Shown in pieces: positions 20,301 through 29,725 of a stretch of 64,000 nucleotides of DNA (positions within the stretch are counted from its first letter, which is position 1; every line of letters begins with the position of its first letter). The notes under the pieces were generated by a model that saw nothing but the letters and a program-made list of their open reading frames with translations, ran no database searches and had not been told where the DNA came from. The translations under genes and the position numbers were made by a program. This DNA comes from Patescibacteria group bacterium. GTDB lineage: Bacteria > Patescibacteriota > WWE3 > UBA101185 > UBA10185. The stretch spans positions 580,023-644,022 of the forward strand of contig JBMORU010000001.1 in NCBI GenBank assembly GCA_049322215.1, read 5' to 3'.

Positions 20301-21355
20301 CCTTTACATATATTAATCCAACAAAATATTTAGCTTCTGTTAAAGGTGCTAGTTCAACATTTGGGCTTGTTTTAAAGCAAAGGTTTCATCCAAGCTGGGA
20401 GGTTAAATTTGCAGATTCTGGTACTATCTTAGATGAAGAAAATCACTATATAAGCGATGGTTATGGTAATGGGTGGGTAATAAATTCAGAAAGTATAGGA
20501 AGTGCAGACTTTGATTTAGTTATAGAATTTGCACCTCAAAAATACACTACTATTGGTTTCATGATTTCATTAATAGTTTTTGGAAGTTCTATATTATTTA
20601 TTGCATACAAACTACTTAAGCCTTCCCCTATACCGGACTATTCTGCATATGAAACAAGCTTTTTTAAAGAAAAGCTGAAAACTTTGGGGTATGTGTTGAA
20701 AGAAAACGGAATAAAAGGGTTATTCTTAATAGCACTGCGCACTCTAACCTATTTATATTACAAGGTTTTTAAGAAATCTACATTTGTATTTAATAATAAA
20801 CGGTACTCTTACTTTTATCACTGGTACAACGTAACCTTTAGGAATGAGCGTTGTGTAGAATTACCTATAGCCAAAGAGTATTTAGACAGGTTTCAAACTA
20901 ATTCAGTGCTAGAGGTTGGAAATGTTTTATCTCATTACTTCGATGTATCTCACGATGTAGTAGATAAGTATGAAGATAGTTCAACTACAATACGAGAAGA
21001 CATAGTTGACTTTAATACGCCTAAAAAATATGACTTGGTAATAAGCATTTCTACACTAGAGCATGTGGGGTGGGATGAAGACAAAAGAGACCCAAAAAAG
21101 TTTTTGAAAGCTCTCTCTAAAATGCGTTCGTTACTAAAACCGGGAGGAAAACTGTTAGTTACAATGCCCATGGGGTGGAGTGACTTTGTGGATAACTATG
21201 TGAAGCAAGGGGAGTTTCTTGACTATAAAGTTAACTTTATGAAAAGACACACTGCTGACAACAGCTGGAAGCAGGTTTCTCGTGAAGAGATAGTAGGTTC
21301 TAACTATAATGAGCCATTTCCAAATGCCAATGCAATCATTATTATAGAGCTATAA
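17297..21355 (+). CDS. Large GT-C-like (AftD/YfhO-like) membrane protein fused to a C-terminal SAM methyltransferase domain
   Basis: GGDW loop + about 11 TM; extracellular region ending PTKY...LVLKQRFHPSW...DGYGNGW + TM; then VLEVGN...ISTLEHVG...LLKPGG. Confidence 0.7.
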   Translation: MKELLKRRSIKNILAIFFYLLVGLLLFKPIFSSKGIITGGDWSFPYTFLQLNNFLIDRIFSWGKIELVGGFRIFLVDLPFALLLKGLGFAGVSPILYPKLALLGAYVLAGFGMFYYLKYLKVKFPVALFGGLLYVFSPFFFNYTVMGWIYVLISMGIFPLFLTFFDRAVKERKFHFAALCGILFSLAFMQSTSIIWYSFGLLAIGITYVTNKKHLQNFILMSIVTYSILFLTHLYWAYNLFTIRDSTIFGSENVLSSVSLGTWAHLSLQNLIRGWGSLFNATYEYSYFSDFPLVSYALTILALLSLFIPRERKHVHLQSVVLFLIPIFLYLLGPERIALLPLGNVMRDVARMSVLISFSLTVLSILFINYLYKTQKYFLLIICIFVSFLSANPFWSGKFYANPKLPQDIRLRTYVYPEDYSIIESFIASNSEADKVMYIPTYSSFSDFTNPNFSGPYREMAYVFASMSPKQGIIYTTDKERRGINGYYGNLVEQLKYNYDESISYILSSLNVKYFVFYYNSMGAEDWRLYEKVSTDNNRFNDITAKVLGNSSNKVSVFEVATPSATIEAVNYVVSNSDPKESIKTKATIFSDNPELRIFTSPYKDVTTIDSLIYKAKVAREFDLQTKAVNSGWFWPTVRHKPGTLTYKLIRFLEDKKVTTAKDRKIQLELLLWHASKRAAEVATFGDANKESLTTSFYANHTEISELLSSFDFDDKDDWYYGYLYKLDYYLNESDPYIDTEVLQNDLENKLKFERFSILDSNRINCEELCYGVNLGVENFDSLYFVLNNSVVKSPSYTLISPNVLEIQKSKEILINQNDFLNSTYVFNSNEAKELLSAHWQAFEQVLSRDIFKYIFFSLSNAQLISIENWEPSTTYDISFDYVQGDLPIRVFIVEDVEQITSDFVEGVKNENIILKPKINDIKEIASLAKGTTSIERPFKMSFTTHPLAQTGYIYILNGNPETAPAETLETIKNFEISKPFAPDLYLTNFDANSSSGLPEIAFTYINPTKYLASVKGASSTFGLVLKQRFHPSWEVKFADSGTILDEENHYISDGYGNGWVINSESIGSADFDLVIEFAPQKYTTIGFMISLIVFGSSILFIAYKLLKPSPIPDYSAYETSFFKEKLKTLGYVLKENGIKGLFLIALRTLTYLYYKVFKKSTFVFNNKRYSYFYHWYNVTFRNERCVELPIAKEYLDRFQTNSVLEVGNVLSHYFDVSHDVVDKYEDSSTTIREDIVDFNTPKKYDLVISISTLEHVGWDEDKRDPKKFLKALSKMRSLLKPGGKLLVTMPMGWSDFVDNYVKQGEFLDYKVNFMKRHTADNSWKQVSREEIVGSNYNEPFPNANAIIIIEL

Positions 21356-21356
21356 T

Positions 21357-22955
21357 ATGTTTGTTTTAGGCGGTCTTGAAGATCAAATAACTTCTATAGT
21401 ATGGGGATTAATATCAAGCTCACCCTTTTCGCTTGATAATACTGCTTTACTACAGCATCTTCCTTATTATGTGCATTTTGAGCCTTTTATACATCCGTTA
21501 AGTACTAATCAGCCTATACTTTGGTTTTTTATTTCTATAATTTTATCTATATTTGGAACAGGCATATATAATTCTTTGGTTGTCTTGACTATACTTGCTA
21601 CACTTTTAACAAGTTATCGCTATTTTAAAAAATACAACTGGCCGTATGCCTATTCTCTAATATTTACATTCTCTGCTTATACCTGGAGTCATTTAGGTAG
21701 GCATATAGCTATTTCTCAATTGTGGCTCATTCCTGTTTATTTTATTTTATTTGAAAAATTAGAAAAGGAAGTTAAGTTTAAAACTATTCTAATTTCTGGA
21801 CTTTTTTTAGCTATTTGCGTTTTGATTTCTAATTATTTGGGATTCTTTCTTTTGCTGTTTAGTTTTATTCACATTGTATGTAAGGAATTTTATTACCTAT
21901 TTTTCAAAAAAGCTTACAACTTTAAACTACTAAAAAACTATTTTTTAACTTTTTTGTTTGGTGCTATTTTTAGTGTACCGTTTTTGCTACCTTTTTTACG
22001 TGCAACATACTTTTCTAGTACTACAGTTTCAAATGTAGTTCCCATTAGTAGGGGAATTGAAGATTTTGTTACTTTTAGTGTGCGTCCTTGGTATTTTGTG
22101 GCTCCACCAATAAAAAATCCGTTTATAGGCGTAGTAGGAAGCAAAGTTGTTACAGCTGCTGAAAAAACCGGTTATTTTTTGGCGGACGACTACTTTGCAG
22201 GAGAACACTCTGGTTTATTTTTTGGTTATACATTTTTAACACTTCTAGGATGTGGTTCATTTATTTTATTAAAAACGGGGAAAACTGCACTAAAAAGAAA
22301 AGTTTATTTTTATTACTTACAAGTGCTTATTGTGCTTAGTTTTATGCTCCCTCCTTTTTTTACTATTTCTGGTGTAAAAGTTTTAACTCCTGGATATTTA
22401 GTATATTTGCTATTTCCTATGTTTAGGGTTACTTCAAGAATGGCGCCAATTGTTTTGTTTTTATTACTAATAATATTTGCAGAGATAATTAGCCACCTAT
22501 ATTACAAACTAAGTAAGAAAAAATTATTAATGAGTGTAGTTTTTGTTGTTGCTGTTACCTTGGCAGAAGTTTTTGTTCCAGTTAAAGTATTTAATTACTC
22601 TAATACGCCAGAAGTGTATACCGCACTATCAGAACTACCTCCAGAAGAATCTTATTTTGCTGTATATCCCTATAGTGAATCTGATGAGGCATTTTTTTGG
22701 TTATGGCAGCACAAACGCTTGCTAATAAATCCAAGGTTTTATTCAACAGCTACCTTTGACTCGGAGACATTTACTAAAAACCTTGCTACTGACCAAGGAC
22801 TACAAAGTTTAAGTGCGTATTCTAATGCCTATCTAGTTGTAATTAAAGAAAAGACTGAAGTGTCTACCTTAGATTTTTTTGAAAGTTCAAATAAACTAAA
22901 AAAAATCAAAGAGACCGCAACATATTCTATATATAAAACTAATGTTTCAAACTAA
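21357..22955 (+). CDS. Polytopic GT-C/YfhO-like membrane protein
   Basis: Many TM helices, FTFSAY, FRVTSR motif, soluble C-terminal domain. Confidence 0.6.
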   Translation: MFVLGGLEDQITSIVWGLISSSPFSLDNTALLQHLPYYVHFEPFIHPLSTNQPILWFFISIILSIFGTGIYNSLVVLTILATLLTSYRYFKKYNWPYAYSLIFTFSAYTWSHLGRHIAISQLWLIPVYFILFEKLEKEVKFKTILISGLFLAICVLISNYLGFFLLLFSFIHIVCKEFYYLFFKKAYNFKLLKNYFLTFLFGAIFSVPFLLPFLRATYFSSTTVSNVVPISRGIEDFVTFSVRPWYFVAPPIKNPFIGVVGSKVVTAAEKTGYFLADDYFAGEHSGLFFGYTFLTLLGCGSFILLKTGKTALKRKVYFYYLQVLIVLSFMLPPFFTISGVKVLTPGYLVYLLFPMFRVTSRMAPIVLFLLLIIFAEIISHLYYKLSKKKLLMSVVFVVAVTLAEVFVPVKVFNYSNTPEVYTALSELPPEESYFAVYPYSESDEAFFWLWQHKRLLINPRFYSTATFDSETFTKNLATDQGLQSLSAYSNAYLVVIKEKTEVSTLDFFESSNKLKKIKETATYSIYKTNVSN

Positions 22956-23028
22956 CCTGTGTGTATTGCCCCTTACTGAACTTATAGTATAATTCTCGCA
23001 TCTTGTAAAAAGAAAAAAGGAGATGAAT

Positions 23029-23844
23029 ATGACACCAAGATTTAATGTGGGTGTTAGTGTGGCCTCGTTTCTGCCTTTTTCCGCAATTCCCGCTGTTGGC
23101 GTGGCTTTGGCTGCTGCAATGCGTAATGCTGTCGGGTATAAATTTACACAAATTTTACCTTTACGCAGTTTTACATCTAATTCTATACAAGCAGTAGATC
23201 TTAATCCTGTTTATGCTGAGCACGCTTGGAATCCAAATACCTTTTCTAGGTTTTTAATAGGATTGAAAGGGTATTCAGGAGAACCATCTAAATTGCACGA
23301 TGTTTTGTTTTTTCCTAGTCCAGGTCGTGCGGAAGATCGTATTTATAGCATGGTAGCTTTGCAATCCTTGCGTTTAATACATCATACATGGAAGGATCTG
23401 CGTTCGGGCTTTAAAGATTTGGTAGAACTGAATGCTGCTTTGCCTGAGAGATCCCTGACTGCTTTGGTACAACACGCAATGACTTTTTCGCATAAGGTCG
23501 TTGTTATTGACACTAGGCACATGGCATACAATAAGTATTCAGATAAATGGCACCCTTTTGGGTTATCCGTAGATGTTTTAAATGCGTTGCTTCCGTATAC
23601 AGGTGCCATTCAAGTGCAAGCTCGTCCAGATGAGGGGTGGGATTTTACCTCGGGCTCATGGCTTAGCATGGTTTTAAATCACATTGGGGCTTATTACCAA
23701 ATACATGGTGGGTTTATCGACTTAATTGTAGAAGCGAATCCTGCTGAATTTGGTAAAAGAGCTTTGGTTGATCCTTTTTACCTTGTTGAGCAACATAAAC
23801 AATTGCGGCAAAACATACTTAAACGGTTGTTTCTAGACACATAG
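23029..23844 (+). CDS. Hypothetical protein, possibly a degenerate xylose-isomerase-like TIM barrel (stand-alone module)
   Basis: AAGGAG at 23017-23022 favours ATG 23029; VVIDTRH, AIQVQ and LIVE strands resemble the barrel pattern. Confidence 0.55.
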   Translation: MTPRFNVGVSVASFLPFSAIPAVGVALAAAMRNAVGYKFTQILPLRSFTSNSIQAVDLNPVYAEHAWNPNTFSRFLIGLKGYSGEPSKLHDVLFFPSPGRAEDRIYSMVALQSLRLIHHTWKDLRSGFKDLVELNAALPERSLTALVQHAMTFSHKVVVIDTRHMAYNKYSDKWHPFGLSVDVLNALLPYTGAIQVQARPDEGWDFTSGSWLSMVLNHIGAYYQIHGGFIDLIVEANPAEFGKRALVDPFYLVEQHKQLRQNILKRLFLDT

Positions 23845-23851
23845 TATAAAA

Positions 23852-23895
23852 GAGCAGCGAAAACATTTTAATGTCTTCGCTGCTCCTTCTTTTTT
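23852..23895 (+). terminator. Long-stem intrinsic terminator
   Basis: gagcagcgaa...ttcgctgctc + T-rich tail. Confidence 0.75.
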
Positions 23896-23909
23896 GTTAT
23901 CATTTACTA

Positions 23910-24356
23910 ATGGGATTATTATTAGATGAAATTGGTCACGGAATTGCGTTCTGTCTTGTATCTCTTTATATTTTTCAATTCATTCCCAAGCTTTATAGTG
24001 ACCGGGCGTTTGTTTTTGGATTAGTTTCTACGTACTTCATAGACTTAGATCACTTGTTTGATTATTTTCTCAACATGGGGTTTTCAGTAAACTTTTCAAA
24101 AATTCTTACCGGTAGTTACTTTGGAGAAAATCAAAAAATTTATGTTTTGTTGCACTCCTGGGAATTAGTGGCGCTATTACTGGGGGTTTTTTTATTCTCA
24201 AAAAACAAACTTAATCATAAAGTGCTTTTTTTTATTTTTGTAGCCTTTGCAATGCATTTAACCTATGATCTTGCCTCTTATGGATTTGATTACAAAGTAT
24301 ACTTTGCTCTTTATCGCCTAATAAATTCTTTTGATATAAATGTGTTCTTAACCTGA
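23910..24356 (+). CDS. Membrane metal-dependent hydrolase-like protein (YdjM-like)
   Basis: His/Asp motifs GH, IDLDH, LHS, HLTYD in TM helices; ATG 6 nt after TGtTATCAT. Confidence 0.6.
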   Translation: MGLLLDEIGHGIAFCLVSLYIFQFIPKLYSDRAFVFGLVSTYFIDLDHLFDYFLNMGFSVNFSKILTGSYFGENQKIYVLLHSWELVALLLGVFLFSKNKLNHKVLFFIFVAFAMHLTYDLASYGFDYKVYFALYRLINSFDINVFLT

Positions 24357-24368
24357 TAAAATATACCC

Positions 24369-25808
24369 ATGAAAACGTTTCTTACAATTGTAGTTAGTTC
24401 GCTTTTAATCTTTTTTTTCTCATGGTTTTTGGTTTTTAAACTAAATATAAACGATCTTTCTTTGCAATCTGAAGACACAATACCTGCTTTGTTTCTTCCG
24501 GTAACACTAATTAAAGAGAGAACACTTTATGCTGATACTTACTACGAAATGATTCGAGAGCGTTATCCGCATCCTGATGATAAAAATCATGAAAAAGGCT
24601 TAACTCCGTTTTACTTTCGAAAAGTAACAAATGGCGAAAAACACTACATTTCAGCATTTCCCTTAACTACAGGACTTTTAGCCGTTCCAATATACTACTT
24701 ACCCTTAAAGTTAGGTATGGAAGTTACTTTTGAAAACTTGATTTTGTTAGGTCACATTAGTGCCTCCACAATTGTTGCCCTTGCGGGTGGGGTTTTTTAC
24801 TTACTGCTAAGTAAATTTTTTGGTTTATCTCGCTCGCAACGCCTTTTGTTAACAACCATTTATTTATTTGCCACTATAAACTTTGCCTTAATTTCACAAG
24901 CGTTATGGCAACATGGCACTGTACAGTTGCTATCGTTACTTTCTTTATACTTTTTGTTTTATGGAAGCATTTCTGTTAGGGTAAAAAAATACTTGTTTTA
25001 TTTAGCTAGTGGTTTGTTCTTAGGTTTAACTATTTTAACAAGGCCAACAGCAGCGCTACTTTTACCTTACTTCGGGTTACTTCTAGTTTATAAAGATCAA
25101 AAGCAAGATTTTTCTTTGTCTTTAAAAAACATAGACTTACTTTTTAAAACCACTATTGGGTACGCATTCAAGCTGTTTCTATTGCTGGTAGGTTTGTTTC
25201 CTTCTTATTTGTTTTTTAACTGGTATACAAATATTTGGTATAAAAGTATTTCTAATAACGGTTATGCAAATCAGCTGTTTAATGGTTGGTTATCTCGGTT
25301 TCCAGAGGGGTTACTCGGTATTTGGATTTCACCAAGTAAGGGGATTTTAGTTTATTCACCTGTTTTTATTTTCATTTTTGTATCCTTAATAGTTGCACTT
25401 CGTTCTAATGTTTGGCGTAAAAATGTAGAGTATCTTATATATTTTTCTATTGTTGCCGTACACACTCTTGTAATGAGTCGTTGGAAACATTGGTACGGTG
25501 GTTGGGGGTTTGGTTACCGAATGGCTTCAGATGTTATACCTTTTTTAGTACTTTTGTTAATTCCATATTTAAAGTCAGATTTTTTTAAACGAACAAAAAA
25601 GTTATTTTTTTTCATAGTAATTTTTTCTGTTCTAGTTCAAATATTTGGGATAGTCTTTTTTGATGGCATTTGGCATGCCGCATATGACGGTGGTTTTGAA
25701 AATACTACGTGGCTCTGGTCAATAAAAGACTCTGAGTTTGCTTTTAATATTCGCCGCCTTTTAGTAAAAGTAAATTTATTAGATAGAGCCTGCCCGAAGT
25801 GTATGTAA
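24369..25808 (+). CDS. GT-C fold membrane glycosyltransferase
   Basis: SED acidic loop, SQALWQH, RP, SPSKG..YSP, W.GGW.FGYR motifs. Confidence 0.7.
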   Translation: MKTFLTIVVSSLLIFFFSWFLVFKLNINDLSLQSEDTIPALFLPVTLIKERTLYADTYYEMIRERYPHPDDKNHEKGLTPFYFRKVTNGEKHYISAFPLTTGLLAVPIYYLPLKLGMEVTFENLILLGHISASTIVALAGGVFYLLLSKFFGLSRSQRLLLTTIYLFATINFALISQALWQHGTVQLLSLLSLYFLFYGSISVRVKKYLFYLASGLFLGLTILTRPTAALLLPYFGLLLVYKDQKQDFSLSLKNIDLLFKTTIGYAFKLFLLLVGLFPSYLFFNWYTNIWYKSISNNGYANQLFNGWLSRFPEGLLGIWISPSKGILVYSPVFIFIFVSLIVALRSNVWRKNVEYLIYFSIVAVHTLVMSRWKHWYGGWGFGYRMASDVIPFLVLLLIPYLKSDFFKRTKKLFFFIVIFSVLVQIFGIVFFDGIWHAAYDGGFENTTWLWSIKDSEFAFNIRRLLVKVNLLDRACPKCM

Positions 25809-25821
25809 TATAATGGCAACA

Positions 25822-27036
25822 ATGAAGAATTTGGAAAAATACAATGTAATATGTTTATCAAACCAACTGTGGGACTTTCCTAATTGGACAAATAAAAAAC
25901 ACGTTATGAGTCGTTTAGCTAAATTGGGGCACAAAGTGCTATTTGTTGACCCTCCCATTAACACTGGTTTTGTTTTTTTCCGCCAAATAAAACGCGGTCT
26001 GTGGAATATGCAGCGTTTTATAAATCGTTATGTAAAAGATTTTGATGGAAATGTTTTAGTATTTACTCCATTAAATTTAGTTCCTGTTTCAGCACTTACT
26101 TCTTTAATTCATATTAGTAGAATTAGATATTTAGCAAAGCGGCATTTTGATTCAAGTAATAAAACAATTTTATGGGTATATCATGTTCAGATTCCTCAAA
26201 TAGAGAAGTATATTAAATACTTAAACTACGACTTACTAGTATATGACTGTGTAGATAATTATGAAGCATTTCCTGAGCAAGGATCTTTTTATAGAGCATC
26301 TTCCAATATTAGTGAAACCTTGCAAAACGAAGACTATTTAGCTGCTAAAGCTGACTTGGTTTTTGCTTCGGCTCCTGGTTTGGTTGAAAAGTTGAAAAAA
26401 TTTAACAATAAAGTTTATTTCACTCCAAATGTTGGTAACTATAAAAAGTTTAAAAATGCTCAAAAGTATAAATATCATTTGCCTTCCGACATTCGTAATA
26501 TTTCTTCACCCCGAATAGGTTTTATTGGCGCTTTAGATGACTACAAATTTGACTACAAATTATTTAAAAGTTTAGTTGAAACATATCCAGATTATTCTTT
26601 TGTGCTAATAGGCTCAATGGCAATTAAAGATAAAAATGCAGATTTACATTCACTCGGTTTGACAGGGTATAAAAATGTTCATTTGCTTGGATCAAAGCCT
26701 TACGATGAGATTGAAAAGTATATGGGTGGATTTGATGTATTTATTATTCCTTACGTTTTAAATGATTACACAGTTGGAGGATGTTTTCCTGTTAAGTTCC
26801 ATGAGGGACTAGCTGCTGGGGTTCCGGTTGTAGTAACTGATTTGCCTGCATATTATCCATTTGATGAGGTTTGTTATATATCTAAAAATGATACAGATTT
26901 TGTAGAAAACATTAAAAAGGCTTTAAGTGATAATTCTGCGCAAAAAATGAGAGAACGCCAAATAGTCGCAAAAGAAAATGATTGGGATGGAAAAGTTCAA
27001 AGGCTTTTAGGTTATATACAAACTTCACTTAGTTAA
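25822..27036 (+). CDS. GT-B glycosyltransferase (TuaH-like)
   Basis: YDCVD, IGFIG, FPVKFHEGLAAGVPVV. Confidence 0.85.
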   Translation: MKNLEKYNVICLSNQLWDFPNWTNKKHVMSRLAKLGHKVLFVDPPINTGFVFFRQIKRGLWNMQRFINRYVKDFDGNVLVFTPLNLVPVSALTSLIHISRIRYLAKRHFDSSNKTILWVYHVQIPQIEKYIKYLNYDLLVYDCVDNYEAFPEQGSFYRASSNISETLQNEDYLAAKADLVFASAPGLVEKLKKFNNKVYFTPNVGNYKKFKNAQKYKYHLPSDIRNISSPRIGFIGALDDYKFDYKLFKSLVETYPDYSFVLIGSMAIKDKNADLHSLGLTGYKNVHLLGSKPYDEIEKYMGGFDVFIIPYVLNDYTVGGCFPVKFHEGLAAGVPVVVTDLPAYYPFDEVCYISKNDTDFVENIKKALSDNSAQKMRERQIVAKENDWDGKVQRLLGYIQTSLS

Positions 27037-27088
27037 CTTTCTCTTTTACAATCTTATTAGTAACGGAAATAAGTAAGGAGAGTGTGAA

Positions 27089-27370
27089 ATGGACTATACG
27101 TTATTTTTGCCTGGAAGCCCTACCGCCATGAAGCAAAGTAATAAAGGTCGTGCACGGTTACCCGGCCTTATGATAACGCTACAAAGCATAAGGGGAGATC
27201 AAGCTGAGTTTGTTATAAACAGTGTTGTAATACATACAGTTAGTAAAGGTCATCCTGCTGTTTATGATCACTTAGGTACCTTTTTTGCTTTTAAACTAAA
27301 AGAAATTGGACCTGATTTTGTAAGAGTTTCAATTTCTAAAGATGGGTTTATTGTTCCAGCATATACGTAG
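27089..27370 (+). CDS. Small hypothetical beta-rich protein (stand-alone module)
   Basis: TTCACT-17-TACAAT promoter, AAGGAGA SD, hairpin at 27374-27409. Confidence 0.7.
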   Translation: MDYTLFLPGSPTAMKQSNKGRARLPGLMITLQSIRGDQAEFVINSVVIHTVSKGHPAVYDHLGTFFAFKLKEIGPDFVRVSISKDGFIVPAYT

Positions 27371-27373
27371 AAA

Positions 27374-27409
27374 TATGGGTGTGCTTTGAAAATTCAAATC
27401 ACACCCATA
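27374..27409 (+). terminator. Long hairpin, terminator-like with weak U tract
   Basis: tatgggtgtg.tttgaa / ttcaaa.cacacccata. Confidence 0.6.
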
Positions 27410-27440
27410 ATGTTTGTCAATTTACGTTATAATTGCCTAT

Positions 27441-28589
27441 ATGAATATTTTGTATGTACTAAACTCAGGAAATCCAGGTGGAATGGAACAGCATGTTTTG
27501 GATTTAGTGAAAGGAATGCACTCTAGGGGATATCGTGTTCACGTTTGGTGCTCTGAGGGAAGTATAGTTGAATTGTATAAAAATGCAGGCGCACAAGTTA
27601 CAGTTAAACCCATATCCTTTGATATTGATCCATCTTACATAAAAGAATTACATACGTACTTACTGACTAATAATATTGATGTTTTGCATTCTCATGAATT
27701 AAAGGCGGGAATAAATGCTCTTATAGCGGCCACATTAGCCGGAACCAAAGTTAAAGTTAGCCATGTACATACACCTATTAGCGAATGGAAAGTTCCCAAT
27801 TGGAAGAAAGTTGTAGATATACTTATTTATACAATGTCGGTTGCTTTTTTATCTAATATTGAAATAGCTTTAACTGCGTCTAGAAAATCTGCAAAACTTA
27901 AAGAAGGTATTCCATCTAATAAGCTTGGTGTAATACCTAACGCAATTAACGTTTCTGATTATACCTTTAGCAGTGGTACAAAATCGCAGTACAGAGCAGA
28001 AATTCTTACAAAACATAATATTCCTGCTAACCGTTTTATTTTTGGAAATATAAGTAGAACAAGTGTAGAAAAAGGACATTCTGTTTTAATTGAGGCTTTT
28101 TCAAAATTTTTCGCAAACAAACATGATAAAGAAAATTTTCATTTACTTATTGCCGGGGGAGGAGAGCTTGAAGAAGCTTTAATCTTCCAAATAAATGAAC
28201 TTAACTTAACAAATTATGTTACTATCACAGGACGTTTTGCAGAGTCTGATAAGCTTAAATACTATGCCTCATTTGACTCTTTTGTTTTTCCTTCGTTTGC
28301 TGAAGGTTTTGGCATAGTTCTTATTGAAGCAATGGCTGCTGGTTTACCTGTTATTTGTTCTAACTTGCCTGTACTGTGTGAAGTGGCACAAGATAATGTT
28401 GCTTACTTTAATGTAGGTGATTCGCAAGATTTAGCAGAAAAGTTAAACTCTTTAGTTGTAGACCAACAAAAGTTGAATTCTATTGGTCAAAATGCGCGTA
28501 TGTTTGTTAAAGAACACTATTCTATGGACAAGTTTATTGAAAACTACATTAAGTTATATACTTATTTACTAAATAAGGGCAAAAAATGA
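27441..28589 (+). CDS. GT4-family glycosyltransferase
   Basis: GGMEQH, EKG, EGFGIVLIEAMAAGLPVI. Confidence 0.92.
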   Translation: MNILYVLNSGNPGGMEQHVLDLVKGMHSRGYRVHVWCSEGSIVELYKNAGAQVTVKPISFDIDPSYIKELHTYLLTNNIDVLHSHELKAGINALIAATLAGTKVKVSHVHTPISEWKVPNWKKVVDILIYTMSVAFLSNIEIALTASRKSAKLKEGIPSNKLGVIPNAINVSDYTFSSGTKSQYRAEILTKHNIPANRFIFGNISRTSVEKGHSVLIEAFSKFFANKHDKENFHLLIAGGGELEEALIFQINELNLTNYVTITGRFAESDKLKYYASFDSFVFPSFAEGFGIVLIEAMAAGLPVICSNLPVLCEVAQDNVAYFNVGDSQDLAEKLNSLVVDQQKLNSIGQNARMFVKEHYSMDKFIENYIKLYTYLLNKGKK

Positions 28590-29725
28590 AAGTTTTAATG
28601 CAAGGCCGTTATGAGCTGTTCGATGTAGGTGGAGGAGATAAAGTTCAAATTGAAAATACGGCAAATCAATTACGTAGTCTTGGTGTATCAGTAGATGTTG
28701 CTACTCAAAAAGTCATAGATTTATCCCAGTATGATATTGTTCATATATTTCAACTGGATTGGGTAGCTGAAAACTACATTTATGCAAAACAGGCTCTTAA
28801 ACAAGGTATACCAATAGTTTTATCCCCAATTCATCATACACTTAAAGAAGTTGAACGTTTTGATAACGATTACGCCTTTGGTTTTCGCAGACTATCTAAG
28901 GCGCTTTTTAAAAATCAGTTTGCTCGAGACACTTTTAAAAACGTGTACCGTTCAGTACTTGATTACAGAAAAATCCCCCCAACTGCATTAAGTCTTATTT
29001 TAGGGTTAAAAAACATGCATAAAAAAGTTTTATCCTGGGCTGATATTGTTTTAGTGCAAACAAATATTGAAGCTTACGATCTGAAAGAGGTGTACGACGT
29101 AGATTTTGAATGGCGTAAAATACCAAACGGAGTTTCTTCAAATTTTATTCGAAGACAAAAGTTTTCTAATCCGTTTGAATTTGAAGACTATATTTTATGC
29201 GTTGGCCGCATTGAACCAAGAAAAAACCAACTATCTGTAATTGAAGCTGTGCAAAAACTTCGCTCTGAAACGAATAAAGATTTGCAACTAGTATTTGTAG
29301 GAGCACGTAGCGGAAGTAAACATATTGAATATTCGTTAAAGTTTAATTCTTTAGCGCATACATATCCTTGGGTGCATTATGTGGGGCAGGTTCCCTATGA
29401 GCAGATTCCGTCTTATTATCACTTTGCTAAGGTTGGAGTTTCTGCTAGTTGGTTTGAGTCAACCGGTTTAACAAGTTTAGAAGCTCTTTTTTGTGGTGCC
29501 AACGCTGTGGCTTGTGGTTCTCAGGCAAGGGAGTACTTAGGGGATTTAGCTTCGTATGCCGAGCCTTATAATATAGATTCTATAAAAACCGCTATAAAAG
29601 AAGCCTTGCATTCAGAACGTCCTAATATTACAAGAGAGTTAAAGCTTGAATATACTTGGTTAAATGCTGCGAAAAAAACTTTAGACAGTTATAATTCAGT
29701 TCTAGCAGCACGGAAAAATTTATGA
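28586..29725 (+). CDS. GT4-family glycosyltransferase
   Basis: GGD.VQ, VGRIEPRKNQ, ESTGLTSLEA. Confidence 0.9.
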   Translation: MKVLMQGRYELFDVGGGDKVQIENTANQLRSLGVSVDVATQKVIDLSQYDIVHIFQLDWVAENYIYAKQALKQGIPIVLSPIHHTLKEVERFDNDYAFGFRRLSKALFKNQFARDTFKNVYRSVLDYRKIPPTALSLILGLKNMHKKVLSWADIVLVQTNIEAYDLKEVYDVDFEWRKIPNGVSSNFIRRQKFSNPFEFEDYILCVGRIEPRKNQLSVIEAVQKLRSETNKDLQLVFVGARSGSKHIEYSLKFNSLAHTYPWVHYVGQVPYEQIPSYYHFAKVGVSASWFESTGLTSLEALFCGANAVACGSQAREYLGDLASYAEPYNIDSIKTAIKEALHSERPNITRELKLEYTWLNAAKKTLDSYNSVLAARKNL

